Part shown: positions 8,780-10,631 of the stretch, one piece after another
Numbering within the stretch: the first letter of the stretch is position 1
Layout: every line of letters starts with the position of its first letter
Program-made: the position numbers and the translations under genes
Notes under the pieces: model-generated
Seen by the model: only the letters and a program-made list of their open reading frames with translations
Database searches by the model: none
Told to the model about the DNA's origin: nothing
NCBI GenBank assembly: GCA_043228905.1
Contig: JBHGNT010001249.1
Coordinates: 1-10,631 of the forward strand
Reading direction: 5' to 3'
DNA from: Azolla caroliniana
Lineage: Eukaryota > Plantae > Polypodiophyta
DNA length: 10,631 nt

Positions 8780-9089
8780 GTGAGTAAATTCATACTCGGT
8801 TTTTGTCACATTATAGATCCGGTTCTGTTAAGATCTCCGTGTCAGAGTTGGGTATATCTGTGATTACGGTTATGTATTTTGTAAACCCAACAATAGATCT
8901 ATCATCAAGTATTAATCGGTCCACAGGAAGGGACCCACTAACAACTTGGGCTCACTGAAAATTAAGAAGCACTTAAGAATCGATCAGTTGGAATGGAACT
9001 GCTTCCTATGGGAAAATGGCATGATTCTTGTCTTCACACATATTGCTGATCTTACAGGCAATCTCTCTCTCTCTCTCTCTCTCTCACAG
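8780..9089 (+). other. Putative first intron of copy 3
   Basis: Donor GTGAGT at 8780, branch-like GCTGAT at ~9045, (TC)12 tract and CAG acceptor ending at 9089. All of these are conserved in copy 2. Confidence 0.65.
9062..9085. repeat. (TC)12 microsatellite, paralogous to 2831-2860
   Basis: Directly visible. It has the same flanks, CAGGCAAT...ACAGA. Confidence 0.97.
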
Positions 9090-9263
9090 AAGGAACAGGA
9101 TTGGGATGGAGTACATTCCAAACTACGAACAGAATACAAGGCAATGGTTTCGTGAGGAAACAGAAAGGAATCTGTGACCCAATATTAGTATGACAACACC
9201 AAGAAGCAGAAGAATAAGATGATGACGATGAAAATGAAGAAGATGCAGATGATGTCAAAAAAT

Positions 9264-10631
9264 ATGACAACTCTTTCTGATAAGCATGATGATCAAACCA
9301 CCAATTCTACCAAACAAGATGTTGGAATAGTAGAGACTGGAAAAACTACCACTGTCAACATCATAGATAAACCGCAAAACACTAAAATATCCCCAAATGC
9401 CTGGAGAGTGGCTATGACTGAGTTGATCAATCAGACTACCATAGCTGCTGTCGGTGCCCGAGGTGAAGATTGGAAGATTCGGAAGCCTTCCGCAGAAATC
9501 TGGGAAGCAAAGCCGGAGGCATATAAGCCTAAGAGACTGAAGATCGGTCCCACCTATCAAACTCTAGAGCCTAGCCATGCTAATGACCTGAAGGCAAGGT
9601 TTATGAAAGAATTTATGACGAGATGTAACATCAGAGCTGTACAAGAGGTCATAGACGTGGTAGCCTCTCATCAAAATAAGAAACTCGCCGAAATCTATGT
9701 TCCACAAAACCGTCAAACAGGATTTGACATACAGTGGCTAGATCTTGTGGTCACTATTGATACAATCTTCATTGTGGAATTCCTTGATCAGTGCTACCAA
9801 TTAAGACAACTTAGAAAGAGCGTTCTCCATGCCAACAACATGGAACACTCGTTCATGCTTAGTGTAGAGAGGGATTTGTTGGTGATGGGCAACCAAATTC
9901 CCATATCATATGTAGTGCATGTTTGGAACACCTATTTAAAGGATTACAAGGTTGATTGCGAGACGGCAGTAAGGGATTTCATCGTCCATCGTAATCCATT
10001 CTTCTTTATCAGAAAAGCGAGAACACGTTTCATAGGATTTCTTGATTCGGAAGGCATCAAACTGACCGAGAAGGCCAACACTCTACTTCATTCCCTGTAC
10101 TTAACATGCACTTTGCACGCAGAGCCTAATTCTAGGATGTCTGCTGGTGAAGAATCCCATTCTGAAGATCACAGAACAGTAAACATGGTGGGAGTCGAAA
10201 CTTCCAAAGAGGAATTTGTTCGCCTGCCAACGGCATCTGAACTCCGCAAAGTCGGCATTTCATTCAAGGCGTGTGAAGGTAACCTCTCGGTGATCAAGTA
10301 CAACAAGAGGACACGTCGGATCCATCTTCCGAAGATTGCCGTGCTCGGCAGCATGGAGGATATGCTGAGGAACCTCACTGCATTGGAAATAAGTCACAGC
10401 TATGGAACTGCGTTTTCGATGTATGGTGTCATAATGGATCAGCTCATCGACACCCAGGAAGATCTCGAAATCTTGGTGAAGGCCAAGGTCATAGAGAACC
10501 ACCTGGAGACCGGCCGGAGGTTGATCGACATGTGGAAACACACGTGCATCAATAAGCGCTACGATCCCCGCACCGGATCAATGGTCGATGATATCGTGGC
10601 CGACCATTCCTCCACTTGGCATCGCTGGCTT
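9264..10631 (+). CDS. DUF247/UPF0481-family protein, copy 3 (3'-partial; start uncertain, candidate ATGs include 9219, 9264 and 9414)
   Basis: Manual translation shows no stop from 9189 to the window end. It reads MTTLSDKH...VGIVETGKTTTVNII...WRVAMTEL...LKIGPTY...RDLLVMGNQIP...TLLHSLY...LPTASELRKVGISF...IHLPKIAV...MLRNLTALE...YGVIMDQLIDTQEDLEILVKAKVIENHL...HRWL. These are the DUF247 motifs in canonical order, colinear with copy 1. Confidence 0.9.
   Translation, partial: MTTLSDKHDDQTTNSTKQDVGIVETGKTTTVNIIDKPQNTKISPNAWRVAMTELINQTTIAAVGARGEDWKIRKPSAEIWEAKPEAYKPKRLKIGPTYQTLEPSHANDLKARFMKEFMTRCNIRAVQEVIDVVASHQNKKLAEIYVPQNRQTGFDIQWLDLVVTIDTIFIVEFLDQCYQLRQLRKSVLHANNMEHSFMLSVERDLLVMGNQIPISYVVHVWNTYLKDYKVDCETAVRDFIVHRNPFFFIRKARTRFIGFLDSEGIKLTEKANTLLHSLYLTCTLHAEPNSRMSAGEESHSEDHRTVNMVGVETSKEEFVRLPTASELRKVGISFKACEGNLSVIKYNKRTRRIHLPKIAVLGSMEDMLRNLTALEISHSYGTAFSMYGVIMDQLIDTQEDLEILVKAKVIENHLETGRRLIDMWKHTCINKRYDPRTGSMVDDIVADHSSTWHRWL

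Larger units (their letters stand above)
7960..9089 (+). repeat. Duplicated upstream block of DUF247 copy 3 (paralogous to 1165-2864)
   Basis: Same ordered identical islands as in 1165-2864. It has about 170 bp of extra intron sequence within ~8840-9030. Confidence 0.9.

Noticed and set aside
9255-10541. Minus-strand ORFs 9255-9560, 10169-10378 and 10260-10541
   Set aside because: They are antisense shadows of the DUF247 CDS with no recognisable motifs.

Overview
AT-rich land-plant genomic DNA holding a tandem cluster of three + strand DUF247/UPF0481-family loci. A fern-like origin is inferred from my recollection of the copia gag sequence and is not verified. Copy 1 (<1-993) is frameshifted by an internal deletion of about 463 bp joined at a TGCAT microhomology. 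Copy 2 (~2706-3139) keeps its promoter, first exon and intron but only a decayed internal coding fragment. Copy 3 (ORF 9219/9264 to >10631) is uninterrupted and missing from the supplied ORF track because it runs off the window. Copies 2 and 3 share about 1 kb of alignable upstream DNA, including a TATA-like box, a 9-codon uORF, a 5-codon ATG-initiated first-exon segment and an intron whose polypyrimidine tract is a (CT)n microsatellite. Between copies 2 and 3 lie a degenerate minus-strand Ty1/copia element (gag, tRNA-iMet PBS, LTR-like DNA with three G-box-containing 42-bp repeats), a 424-bp hAT-type MITE with perfect TIRs and an 8-bp TSD, a 55-bp tandem repeat, and a ~130-bp duplication split by telomeric TTTAGGG repeats. 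The most notable signal is a 3' coding stretch where copies 1 and 3 differ almost only by amino-acid-changing substitutions.
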